32,000 nt of DNA from an uncultured bacterium (GCA_963704705.1 OY969931.1:540001-572000), one strand, 5' to 3'; positions 6,917-14,291 are shown, numbered from the stretch's first letter. A program made the numbers and translations. Notes: generated by a model from the sequence alone, not told the origin.

Positions 6917-9229
6917 ATGGAAAATCCTTTAGCCTCTATGCCACCTGAAGAAAATAAACCTGTTGAACCGGCGGTTCAACCAGCGCTTCAACCTGAAGCT
7001 ATGCCTGCGAAAGAAGGTGTAAAAGCAAAAAAGCCTTTCTTCACTAAAGGTAAAATCATTGCAATTTTTATAGGACTTGTGGTAATTGCCGCAATAGTTG
7101 GAGCAGTGATTTATTACCAGAGTGCTGAACAATTTAAAGGAGCAAGTTTTACAACTGCACCAGTAACAACTACTGTTCAGTCCGTTACAACAACTGTACA
7201 AAAGCCTGTTGTAACAACAACACAACCAGTTGAAAAATGTGTATCTGATAAAGGTTTGGGAGAAGGCGGTCATAACGTTTATGGCTGTGTTTGTAGTTTG
7301 GATGAAAGAACAGAAAATCCTGAAATCTGGGATCCAATTGATAGAGTATGGACTCAAGACCCTAATCCTTATCCAAATCCTTGTGTATGTCCTGATGATA
7401 AACCTATTTGGGACAGCACAAATAAAGTTTGTACAACAATTACATTAGCTCCGCTAGGAGTAACTACAGTTCAAATTCCACCGGAAGAAACAACTGAACC
7501 TGGAATTTCAACTCTTAGACCTCAAATTACAGATAGACCTCAGATAACCATTCCTAAAGAAGAAACATGTGAGAATACATCAGCTACTGCGGATTTAATT
7601 ACAGCTTACAACCAAAGAAACTGGGATGCTTACCAAGGAGCTTTGCAAAAACTTGATGATCTTGCTTGTATTGACCCATGTAAATTAAATATTTATTGGA
7701 CAATCTTTTATTTAAATACAAATAATTTAGACCAGGCAAAAGTTCAATTCGCTACATTTAAAAAGAATTGCGGAACCAATTGTAATTTATATTTTGGATA
7801 TGTTGGAATTGTTGCTGAAATTTTGAGTGAAATTGATCAAAGGGCTCAAACATTTACAGCTGCCAAACTGCCTGGATTAACAGATGATCAGCTTGATTTC
7901 TTGCGTCTTGTTGCTGAAGGTTATATAAATAGCTGTCAGTGTGTTGAATTGAATCAATTATTAACAAATCCGGTTCAGACATTGGATTCGTATTTTCCGG
8001 CCAATGTAACCAGCGCGATAGATCTTAATGCAGCGAAAGAATTGGCTCCAAGTACATTGTCTACTAATCGATTAAATTCAGGTTTAACAGTTGCTTACGC
8101 ACAAAGTTATTCACCTTCAGTTCAATCGGTTTTACAAAGTGTTTTGGACACAAAATGTCCTCCTGAGATAAAAAAAGAACCTAAAAATTGTGAAGCTTTG
8201 AATATAAAAGCACCTTACGATGTTGAAACATATGTTATGCCTGATTTGTTTAATCCTTCTGCAAATACACTCTCAATTGAAATAGTGGGTGGAGAAGACA
8301 ATATTCAGGATTATAAGTACACATCAAATAATTCAACTGTTAAATTTGACGGAACAAGCAGCTCATACAATACTTCAAATAAATCCGTAACTTTAAGTGG
8401 CGGTCCAAATGAAGGTGAATCAGATAAAATCACTGTTACTGCTGTTGATAAAAGTGGTCTTCCTTTAAAAGAATGTACAGATACAGTTACAATTACAAGA
8501 CCGAAAGCTGATCAACCAATTTGTAGATCACTTACAATAGTTGAACCTAGCGATGCTAATCAGGCTGGTACTCCAACAGTTGAAATAGATTCACCATATA
8601 ATAATGAAGTATTAAAAGTTAAGTTAGATGCTGACGCAGGAACATATGATGATTTAAGATTTACTTCAGATAACGGAAATATAACATTTGATGGTCAGGG
8701 CGTACTTGATACAACTTCATTAGAAGTGAAAATGAACGGTGCACCACCTGAAGATACAGAAGAATTAGTTACTGTATGGGCAAGAGCAAAATCCAGAGAC
8801 GGAAGCTATACTGGGATTAAAACATGTACTGATGCATTTATTGTAAAACTAGCAGGAGCACCTCCAACACTTACTTATGTACCCCCTACAAAAGATGAAG
8901 AGCCACCTCCAACATTAACTTATGTTCCACCTACTACAAAAGATGAGGAACCACCTCCGGTGATAACTTATGTCCCGCCTACAACAACTACAACGACAAC
9001 AACAGAACCAACACCTACAACAACTACAACAGTTACTACTTCAACTCCAACTGAACCTACACCGATTTATGTTACTCAAACTCAGCCACAGCCAACAATA
9101 GTTACAACAACTACACCGGCAATACATACGGCTGCACCTACTACGCCTTCAACAGGGCCGGAATTGTTTATTCCATTATTGGCTACAGCAATTGGAGGAG
9201 CCTGGATTAGAAGAAAAAAGAAAAAATAA
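6917..9229 (+). CDS. Surface protein: Pro-rich N-tail, signal-anchor TM, Thr/Val-rich stalk, Cys-rich and helical region, two Cys-bounded Ig-like repeats, PPTLTYVPPT(T)KDEE repeats, poly-Thr, sortase-type C-terminal sorting signal
   Basis: 770-aa ORF. TM helix IIAIFIGLVVIAAIVGAVIYY. An internal duplication is marked by ...KECTDTVTITRP... and ...KTCTDAFIVKLA... The C-terminus TPSTGPELFIPLLATAIGGAWIRRKKKK is an xPxTG motif, then a hydrophobic helix, then a basic tail. Confidence 0.9.
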   Translation: MENPLASMPPEENKPVEPAVQPALQPEAMPAKEGVKAKKPFFTKGKIIAIFIGLVVIAAIVGAVIYYQSAEQFKGASFTTAPVTTTVQSVTTTVQKPVVTTTQPVEKCVSDKGLGEGGHNVYGCVCSLDERTENPEIWDPIDRVWTQDPNPYPNPCVCPDDKPIWDSTNKVCTTITLAPLGVTTVQIPPEETTEPGISTLRPQITDRPQITIPKEETCENTSATADLITAYNQRNWDAYQGALQKLDDLACIDPCKLNIYWTIFYLNTNNLDQAKVQFATFKKNCGTNCNLYFGYVGIVAEILSEIDQRAQTFTAAKLPGLTDDQLDFLRLVAEGYINSCQCVELNQLLTNPVQTLDSYFPANVTSAIDLNAAKELAPSTLSTNRLNSGLTVAYAQSYSPSVQSVLQSVLDTKCPPEIKKEPKNCEALNIKAPYDVETYVMPDLFNPSANTLSIEIVGGEDNIQDYKYTSNNSTVKFDGTSSSYNTSNKSVTLSGGPNEGESDKITVTAVDKSGLPLKECTDTVTITRPKADQPICRSLTIVEPSDANQAGTPTVEIDSPYNNEVLKVKLDADAGTYDDLRFTSDNGNITFDGQGVLDTTSLEVKMNGAPPEDTEELVTVWARAKSRDGSYTGIKTCTDAFIVKLAGAPPTLTYVPPTKDEEPPPTLTYVPPTTKDEEPPPVITYVPPTTTTTTTTEPTPTTTTTVTTSTPTEPTPIYVTQTQPQPTIVTTTTPAIHTAAPTTPSTGPELFIPLLATAIGGAWIRRKKKK
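8861..8990 (+). repeat. Three in-frame tandem units (45-48 nt) encoding PPTLTYVPPT(T)KDEEP / PPVITYVPPTTT
   Basis: Units start at 8861, 8906 and 8954. The peptide repeat is nearly identical while many third codon positions differ (for example CTTACT vs TTAACT, GTACCCCCT vs GTTCCACCT). Confidence 0.8.
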
Positions 9230-10036
9230 TTAAATAAACTTTGAGAGCGGTCCGTGAGATATCGGGCCGCTTTTTAATTCTATTCCAAGTGCCACGCACA
9301 AAACTTCGCTCATATGCATAACCGGCATGTTGAATCCTTTTTGATAAAAATCAAACTGCATGTGGCAAAAAGGGCAGTTGGTAATAATTAAATCAGCTTC
9401 GCCTTCAGCTGCATCACGCAAATATTTATCGCTCATATGGGTTGATGCCTTTTTGTTATACATTCCAATGTGGAATCCGCAGCAATCAAGCTTTGAAGGT
9501 AAATCAACCGGAGTTGCACCCAGAGCTTCAACAAATTCTTCAAAATTAAATGGATTTGCAGTGTTTTGGTGATCTTTTACGTATTTTGAAGGCCTTAAAA
9601 TATGACAGCCGTAGTATGTTGCAATTTTTAAGCCTTTTAGAGGCTTTTTAACTGCCTTTTTAAGCTTTTCTATGCCTAAATCCTCTGTAAGTACCCAAAG
9701 CCAGTGTTTAACGTTAAAATCAGTGAATTTGCCTTTTTCTCGCTGCTTAAATAAGTCTTTTCTCAAATTTATTACACAAGTCGAACAAATGGTCATAATA
9801 TCTAGCCCCTTTGCCTTACTATATTTAAAATTCCGTTCATTCATATCTTCATTAAATTTAGCATCAACTTCTTTAACTACTCCAGCTCCGCAGCAGCTAA
9901 ACTCAGGAATATCAACCAGTTCGATTCCAAGTTTTTTGCATGCGAGTCTTGTAGCTTTATCATATTCAGATGTAAGCTGTTTGCTCGCGCATCCGGGAAA
10001 ATACGCATACCTTATTTTTTCTTCATTTCGTCCCAT
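9230..10036 (-). CDS. CCG-domain (HdrB-like) subunit of a type-E succinate dehydrogenase / fumarate reductase (SdhE / TfrB C-terminal-half-like)
   Basis: 268 aa with two cysteine-rich CCG motifs: YFPGCA...EFSCCGAG and YYGCHILR...KLDCCGFH...NCPFCHMQ. It overlaps the upstream sdhB-like gene by 25 nt. Confidence 0.8.
   Translation of the reverse strand: MGRNEEKIRYAYFPGCASKQLTSEYDKATRLACKKLGIELVDIPEFSCCGAGVVKEVDAKFNEDMNERNFKYSKAKGLDIMTICSTCVINLRKDLFKQREKGKFTDFNVKHWLWVLTEDLGIEKLKKAVKKPLKGLKIATYYGCHILRPSKYVKDHQNTANPFNFEEFVEALGATPVDLPSKLDCCGFHIGMYNKKASTHMSDKYLRDAAEGEADLIITNCPFCHMQFDFYQKGFNMPVMHMSEVLCVALGIELKSGPISHGPLSKFI
9247..9275 (+). terminator. Rho-independent terminator for the 770-aa gene, embedded in the 3' coding end of the convergent CCG-subunit gene
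   Basis: GCGGTCCG (9247-9254), loop tgagatat, CGGGCCGC (9263-9270; 8 bp including one G-U pair), then TTTTT (9271-9275). It begins 18 nt after the TAA at 9227-9229. Confidence 0.6.
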
Positions 10037-10908
10037 TTTTTAACTTTTTTAATAAATAGGGGAGGGAATTTGCCTTTTAAAAGCATTTTTATAGCAAGCG
10101 GAAGCATTTTTACTGCTCTAAATGGACCCCAGGTTCCAAGCGGCAGTTTAAATTCTTCAATTTCTCCTTTTCGCATAACTGATTTATAGATTGTTTTTGC
10201 ATGTCTTGCTCCGTCATTATTTGTAATACCTTCTTTTATTGAACTTTCACGTAAATGAGAAATAACATCTTGCGGCTCAATATCCTGAGGGCAGTTTTCA
10301 CTGGCTTTTTCACAATGAGCACACATCCAGATTTGCTTTTCTACAAGCTGTTTTAAGCGTTCACGTTTTGCCCCGTCACGTACATCATCAATGTAGCGTT
10401 GGGCCAGAACTGAAGCAGCCGGCCCCAAGTATTTTCCTGAAGCATCACGTGAAGGACAATCAGAAAAACAAGCAGCGCACCAAATACATTCAGAGGATTT
10501 TTCAATTTTTTTCACATCTTCAGGCATTACCTTAACATCACGCATTTCATCAAACCATGGTTTTACCGCTTCCATTTCAGCATAAAAAGGTTTCATGTCC
10601 ACAATCAAATCTTTAATAATTCTTAAATTTCCAATAGGTTTAATGCGCACTTCTCCAAACTCCGCAATTTCATTTTTCAAAAAAGTTTTGCATGTTAGCC
10701 TGGCGCGGCCATTAACAACCATTGAACAAGAACCGCAAATACCTGCTTTACACGCATGTCTGAATCCGAGTTCAGCGTCATGTTTTTCTTTAATTAAAAT
10801 TAGTGCATCCAAAACAGTTAAATTTTCATCATACTCAATTTCATACTCTTTAAAGTAAGGTTTTTCGTCTGTTTCCGGATTAAATCTTTGAATTTTAATC
10901 TTTATCAT
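10012..10908 (-). CDS. sdhB: Succinate dehydrogenase / fumarate reductase iron-sulfur subunit
   Basis: 298 aa. 2Fe-2S motif CKAGICGSCSMVVNGRARLTC. Ferredoxin-type clusters CIWCAACFSDCP and CAHCEKASENCP. It overlaps the flavoprotein gene by 14 nt. Confidence 0.88.
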   Translation of the reverse strand: MIKIKIQRFNPETDEKPYFKEYEIEYDENLTVLDALILIKEKHDAELGFRHACKAGICGSCSMVVNGRARLTCKTFLKNEIAEFGEVRIKPIGNLRIIKDLIVDMKPFYAEMEAVKPWFDEMRDVKVMPEDVKKIEKSSECIWCAACFSDCPSRDASGKYLGPAASVLAQRYIDDVRDGAKRERLKQLVEKQIWMCAHCEKASENCPQDIEPQDVISHLRESSIKEGITNNDGARHAKTIYKSVMRKGEIEEFKLPLGTWGPFRAVKMLPLAIKMLLKGKFPPLFIKKVKKWDEMKKK

Positions 10909-12463
10909 AATAAATAAAAGAATGTTTTTTAAAGTTTTGGTCGTCCCTCTCAGGATAATCCGTTCTATAATGAGCTCCGCGGCTTTCTTTGCGTTCTATT
11001 GCGGCTTTTAAAATCGCCTCTGCTATATCGAGCATGTTTTTAAGTTCAAGAGTGTTATAAAAACTAAAGTAATAAGGCGAACTGTTATTAATCTGAATAT
11101 TTTTATATCTTTCTTTTAATTCTTTTATGGATTTCAAGCCCTTAAACAATGAATCTTCATGCCTGAAAATGCCTGCGCTAAGCAGCATTTCGGTTTTTAA
11201 TTCATTTTTGATTTCATATGGATTTTCATTACCTTTTTCATTTAAATATTCCGGTTTTTCATGATTTTGTAATATGTTTGCTGGTGTGTTTTTTACGTAT
11301 TTCGTGGCATTTTGTCCTGCTTTTTTGCCAAAAACAACTGTTTCCATTAATGAATTGCCTCCGAGTCTGTTTGCTCCGTGGATTCCTGCGCAAGCGCATT
11401 CTCCGGCTGCAAATAAACCTTTAATTTCTGTTTCGCATTCTTCATTTGTTGAAATTCCTCCCATAAAATAGTGAACTCCCGGTTTTACCGGAATTGGCTG
11501 TTTTGTACAGTCTATGTCTGCGAATTCTTTTGCTATTTTATGGATTTGGCTTAATCTTCCCAAAACAACATCATCATCAAGATGCCTTAAATCCAGGTGA
11601 ACTGCTCCATCAATTCCACGGCCTTCTTCGATTTCTTTTTGGATTGCTCTGGCAACAATATCTCGTTCAGCAAGTTCATCAACAAACCGCTCACCATCTT
11701 TATTAATAAGATGAGCGCCTTCACCTCGTGTACCTTCTGAAATTAGCAAAGGCCTGTGATGAAGTGTTGTTGGATGAAACTGAACGAATTCGATATCTTT
11801 AAGTGCGCAGCCGGCACGATAGGCGAGTGCCATGCCGTCACCAGTTGAAATAGTTGCGTTAACTGTATTTTTAAATATCTGACCAGCGCCTCCGGTAGCC
11901 AAAATTACAGCTTTGGCCTGAATGGCATAATGCTCCCCGGTTGAAATATCATAGGCAGAAAGGCCAATAATTTTTCTGTCTTCAACAATCAATGAATCAA
12001 CAAACCACTCATCTAAAAATTCAACATTATTTTTTAAACATTGTGTATATAAAGTGGTAATTAAATTATGACCTGTATAATCGCGTGAATAACAGGTTCT
12101 AACTTCGCTGTTACCGCCAAAAGGTCTTTGAGCAATTTTGCCATCTTTAGTTCTGCTGAAAATCATTCCCATTTTCTCTAAATCTTCGATAGCTTCAGGT
12201 GCTTTTTCACAAAAATGCTGAACTGCTAAATTATCGCTTAAATCATCGCCGCCTTTTATTGTGTCTTCAATATGCGCTTTAACTGAACCATTTACAGCTG
12301 CGTTCATACCGCCCTGAGCCATACAGGTTTGGCTGCGTAAAGGGTGAACTTTTGAAATAATGCAAACTTTAAGGTCTTTTTCGCAGTTTAAAGCCGCTGT
12401 TAAACCTGTTCCGCCTCCGCCAACTATTACAATGTCATATTTTAATTTATTCATAGCCTGCAT
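10895..12463 (-). CDS. sdhA: Succinate dehydrogenase / fumarate reductase flavoprotein subunit; the real start may be the second Met at 12454
   Basis: 522 aa. Dinucleotide fold YDIVIVGGGGTGL. Active-site motifs FVQFHPT, EGTRGEGAHL, HYFMGGI, GANRLGGNSL, ESRGAHYRTDYPERDD. RSQT replaces the canonical RSHT covalent-FAD site. Confidence 0.88.
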   Translation of the reverse strand: MQAMNKLKYDIVIVGGGGTGLTAALNCEKDLKVCIISKVHPLRSQTCMAQGGMNAAVNGSVKAHIEDTIKGGDDLSDNLAVQHFCEKAPEAIEDLEKMGMIFSRTKDGKIAQRPFGGNSEVRTCYSRDYTGHNLITTLYTQCLKNNVEFLDEWFVDSLIVEDRKIIGLSAYDISTGEHYAIQAKAVILATGGAGQIFKNTVNATISTGDGMALAYRAGCALKDIEFVQFHPTTLHHRPLLISEGTRGEGAHLINKDGERFVDELAERDIVARAIQKEIEEGRGIDGAVHLDLRHLDDDVVLGRLSQIHKIAKEFADIDCTKQPIPVKPGVHYFMGGISTNEECETEIKGLFAAGECACAGIHGANRLGGNSLMETVVFGKKAGQNATKYVKNTPANILQNHEKPEYLNEKGNENPYEIKNELKTEMLLSAGIFRHEDSLFKGLKSIKELKERYKNIQINNSSPYYFSFYNTLELKNMLDIAEAILKAAIERKESRGAHYRTDYPERDDQNFKKHSFIYYDKD

Positions 12464-12470
12464 ATATTAG

Positions 12471-12508
12471 AAAAAAGCCGCCCTTAATGCAAGGACGGCT
12501 TCTTTTTT
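12471..12508. promoter_or_regulatory. Symmetric terminator-like hairpin flanked by A6 and T6, in the divergent sdhA / tRNA-Gln intergenic region
   Basis: AAAAAAGCCGCCCTT-aatgc-AAGGACGGCTTCTTTTTT. The stem is 11 bp with one mismatch. It is read as hairpin plus U-tract on both strands. On the minus strand it ends about 8 nt before the sdhA ATG. Confidence 0.45.
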
Positions 12509-12533
12509 AATCAACTATTTATTAATAGAAATG

Positions 12534-12562
12534 TTGACTTCATTTGATTATTTACTTAAAGT
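12534..12562 (+). promoter_or_regulatory. Possible promoter for tRNA-Gln: TTGACT - 17 nt - TAAAGT
   Basis: TTGACT at 12534-12539 and TAAAGT at 12557-12562. The tRNA 5' end lies 20 nt downstream. The -10 matches the consensus at only 4 of 6 positions. Confidence 0.35.
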
Positions 12563-12581
12563 TATTTCTGTTTGAATTCAT

Positions 12582-12656
12582 TGGGGCGTGGCCAAGTGGT
12601 AAGGCACCGGGTTTTGGTCCCGGCATTCGGGGGTTCGAATCCCTCCGCCCCAGCCA
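12582..12656 (+). tRNA. tRNA-Gln: tRNA-Gln (anticodon UUG), CCA encoded
   Basis: Manual cloverleaf. Acceptor stem TGGGGCG/CGCCCCA with the U1-A72 pair typical of bacterial tRNA-Gln. U8. D arm GCC-AAGTGGTAA-GGC. Anticodon stem CCGGG/CCCGG with loop TT-TTG-GT. T arm GGGGG-TTCGAAT-CCCTC. Discriminator G, then CCA. Confidence 0.95.
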
Positions 12657-12661
12657 ATTTA
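12650..12661 (+). repeat. Copy A of the direct repeat CCAGCCAATTTA (tRNA-Gln 3' end plus 5 nt)
   Basis: The exact 12-mer is shared with 14589-14600, and a near-copy sits at 13160-13172. Confidence 0.6.
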
Positions 12662-12671
12662 AGATTTTTAT

Positions 12672-13139
12672 ATGAGAGATAAAAGATTTATTGCGAAGCA
12701 TCGTGGAGGGCTTTTGGCGATGGACCAACATAAGCTTTTGATTAAATGGTCTTATCTATGTGTGGAACACGTTTTGTCGCTTTTAGGTCAGCTAATTGAT
12801 TCAAGAATATTGAATGCGATTTCCGTGGCAAAAGAGTGGGAAAAGGGTAATGTTAAAACTGGCGTGGCGATGAAAGCTGCAGTTGAAGCACACTCGTTAG
12901 CAAGAGAATCTTCCAACCCTGTTGAAATTGCTATTGCTCGTGCGGCTGGCCATGCAGTAGCTACCGCACATATGGCAGACCATTCATTGGGTGGTGCTCT
13001 TTATGCTTTGAAAGCTGTTAAATACGCAGGTCGTCCTATTGACATAGAAAAGGATTGGCAAAATCGAAAGGTCCCGTTAGAACTAAAAGATCTTGTATTG
13101 GAAACATTGATGGTTAAAGGAAAAAGCTTTAAACTGTAA
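12672..13139 (+). CDS. Helical protein resembling the 'putative immunity protein' (Imm5-like) family, often mis-annotated as exonuclease SbcC
   Basis: 155 aa. The pattern ...CVEHVLSLL...AISVAKEWEKGNV...AAVEAHSLARE...AIARAAGHAVATAHMADHSLGGALYALKAV matches my recollection of that family (consensus like RAAAHAAATAHMAAHALGAAAYAAKA). Recognition is from memory only. Confidence 0.55.
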   Translation: MRDKRFIAKHRGGLLAMDQHKLLIKWSYLCVEHVLSLLGQLIDSRILNAISVAKEWEKGNVKTGVAMKAAVEAHSLARESSNPVEIAIARAAGHAVATAHMADHSLGGALYALKAVKYAGRPIDIEKDWQNRKVPLELKDLVLETLMVKGKSFKL

Positions 13140-13159
13140 AAGGGTACTAGACCCAGTAG

Positions 13160-13172
13160 CCAGCCATAATTT
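13160..13172 (+). repeat. Copy B (degenerate) of the tRNA-3'-end-like repeat: CCAGCCAtAATTT
   Basis: It shares TAGCCAGCCA with copy C and differs from copies A and C by one inserted T. It lies in the 39-nt gap between the immunity-like gene and the deacetylase gene. Confidence 0.45.
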
Positions 13173-13178
13173 CCTACT

Positions 13179-13904
13179 ATGATATCCATTTCCTCTCACA
13201 AAAAAATTCGGATTATAGTTTTGCTGATAATCATCGCACTTTTATTACTCGCATTTGGCACTTATAAAATCAGCAAGTCCAGGACTTTTCAGTTTTTTGG
13301 AGATATTGTGAATCGTCTTGATACCGATGCGAAGCTTGTTGCGCTTACATTTGATGACGGTCCGAATGCGCAGGTGCAGGAAGTTTTGGATATATTGGAT
13401 TCCAAAGGTATTAATGCCACTTTTTATGTAATCGGAAAAGAAGCCGAGAATAATCCGGATGTGCTTAAGTCAATTGTTGATGAAGGCAATGAGATTGGAA
13501 ATCATTCTTATTCACATGAGCCTTTTTTGTTAAAATCACAGGATTATATTCGGCATGAAATTGAAGCCACAGGTAGTATTATTCGCGATGCGGGATATAA
13601 CGATGAAATTACTTTTCGTCCGCCGTTCGGCAAAAAACTTTTTGGACTTCCATGGTTTCTTGCACAGCATAATATAAAAACAATTACTTGGGATGTTGAA
13701 CCGGATACTTATTTCCCAGGTGATGCTGATGCCATAACAAATTTCACTGTTGAGAATGTGAAACCGGGATCAATTATTCTTATGCATCCGTTTTGTGAGA
13801 TCAATTGTGCTGCGGATCGCCAGGCATTGCCCGAAATAATTGATTTAATAAAAGCAAAAGGATATTCTTTTGTCACTGTTTCTGAATTATTACAATATAA
13901 ATAA
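13179..13904 (+). CDS. Membrane-anchored polysaccharide deacetylase (NodB homology domain, CE4 / PgdA type)
   Basis: 241 aa with an N-terminal TM helix. NodB motifs are present: LTFDDGPN, HSYSH, FRPPFGK, and LMHP near the C-terminus. Confidence 0.88.
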   Translation: MISISSHKKIRIIVLLIIIALLLLAFGTYKISKSRTFQFFGDIVNRLDTDAKLVALTFDDGPNAQVQEVLDILDSKGINATFYVIGKEAENNPDVLKSIVDEGNEIGNHSYSHEPFLLKSQDYIRHEIEATGSIIRDAGYNDEITFRPPFGKKLFGLPWFLAQHNIKTITWDVEPDTYFPGDADAITNFTVENVKPGSIILMHPFCEINCAADRQALPEIIDLIKAKGYSFVTVSELLQYK

Positions 13905-13916
13905 ACCACTACAACT

Positions 13917-14228
13917 ATGAAAATCTGTATTTCATGTGGCATGCCATTAGATAACACGGAAAATATCGGTGCGGAACTTGATGATGGTATGGTTTGCATA
14001 CATTGTTCAACTCATGATGGGCAGGTTAAAAGCTGCGAGGAGATTTTTGAAGGCGGGGTTAAATTTTTTATGCAGATTATTCCTGATGCAAGACGAGATT
14101 TGGCTGAAAGGCTAACACGTAAAAATATGAACAGACTTCCTTATTGGCAGCATAATAAAGCTGATTGCCTTAATGGCGATGAAGCAAGTGACGAAGAATT
14201 TGCTGAAATGATGGCCAAATTACAGTAA
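13917..14228 (+). CDS. Zinc-ribbon domain protein ('putative zinc ribbon' family)
   Basis: 103 aa. MKICISCGMPL...GMVCIHCS gives a CxxC...CxxC ribbon, followed by a helical tail. Confidence 0.7.
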   Translation: MKICISCGMPLDNTENIGAELDDGMVCIHCSTHDGQVKSCEEIFEGGVKFFMQIIPDARRDLAERLTRKNMNRLPYWQHNKADCLNGDEASDEEFAEMMAKLQ

Positions 14229-14291
14229 GAATCCTTTAAAAGGACCATCATTTGCCATATTATAATTAGCGTATTACATAAATTTACTTCC

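Noticed and set aside
6929-7357. A 142-aa minus-strand ORF, plus the other track ORFs of 60-125 aa nested antisense or out of frame inside long genes (for example 2031-2312, 4541-4780, 9672-10043, 10595-10858, 16994-17347, 21475-21750, 28124-28441).
   Set aside because: Each lies entirely within a much longer ORF that has clear domain content (PKD, Sdh, TypA, permease, Nth, beta-helix). Their translations are low-complexity, Cys/Phe/Ile/Leu-rich shadow sequences typical of the antisense frames of AT-rich genes. None has a promoter or an independent signal.
1-9229. Diversity-generating retroelement (DGR) targeting the PKD/surface proteins, as DGRs are common in CPR genomes.
   Set aside because: The window has no reverse transcriptase gene. 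I could find no template/variable repeat pair (a ~100-bp near-duplicate differing at adenines). No C-type-lectin-like variable C-terminus was recognised.
10895-12463. The flavoprotein could be L-aspartate oxidase (NadB), given its short length (522 aa) and the lack of the covalent-FAD histidine.
   Set aside because: It is translationally coupled to an SdhB-type three-cluster Fe-S subunit and a CCG subunit. It carries the FHPT / RGEG / HYxMGG fumarate-reductase active-site motifs, and no nadA or nadC is adjacent. A phylogeny would still be needed to be certain.
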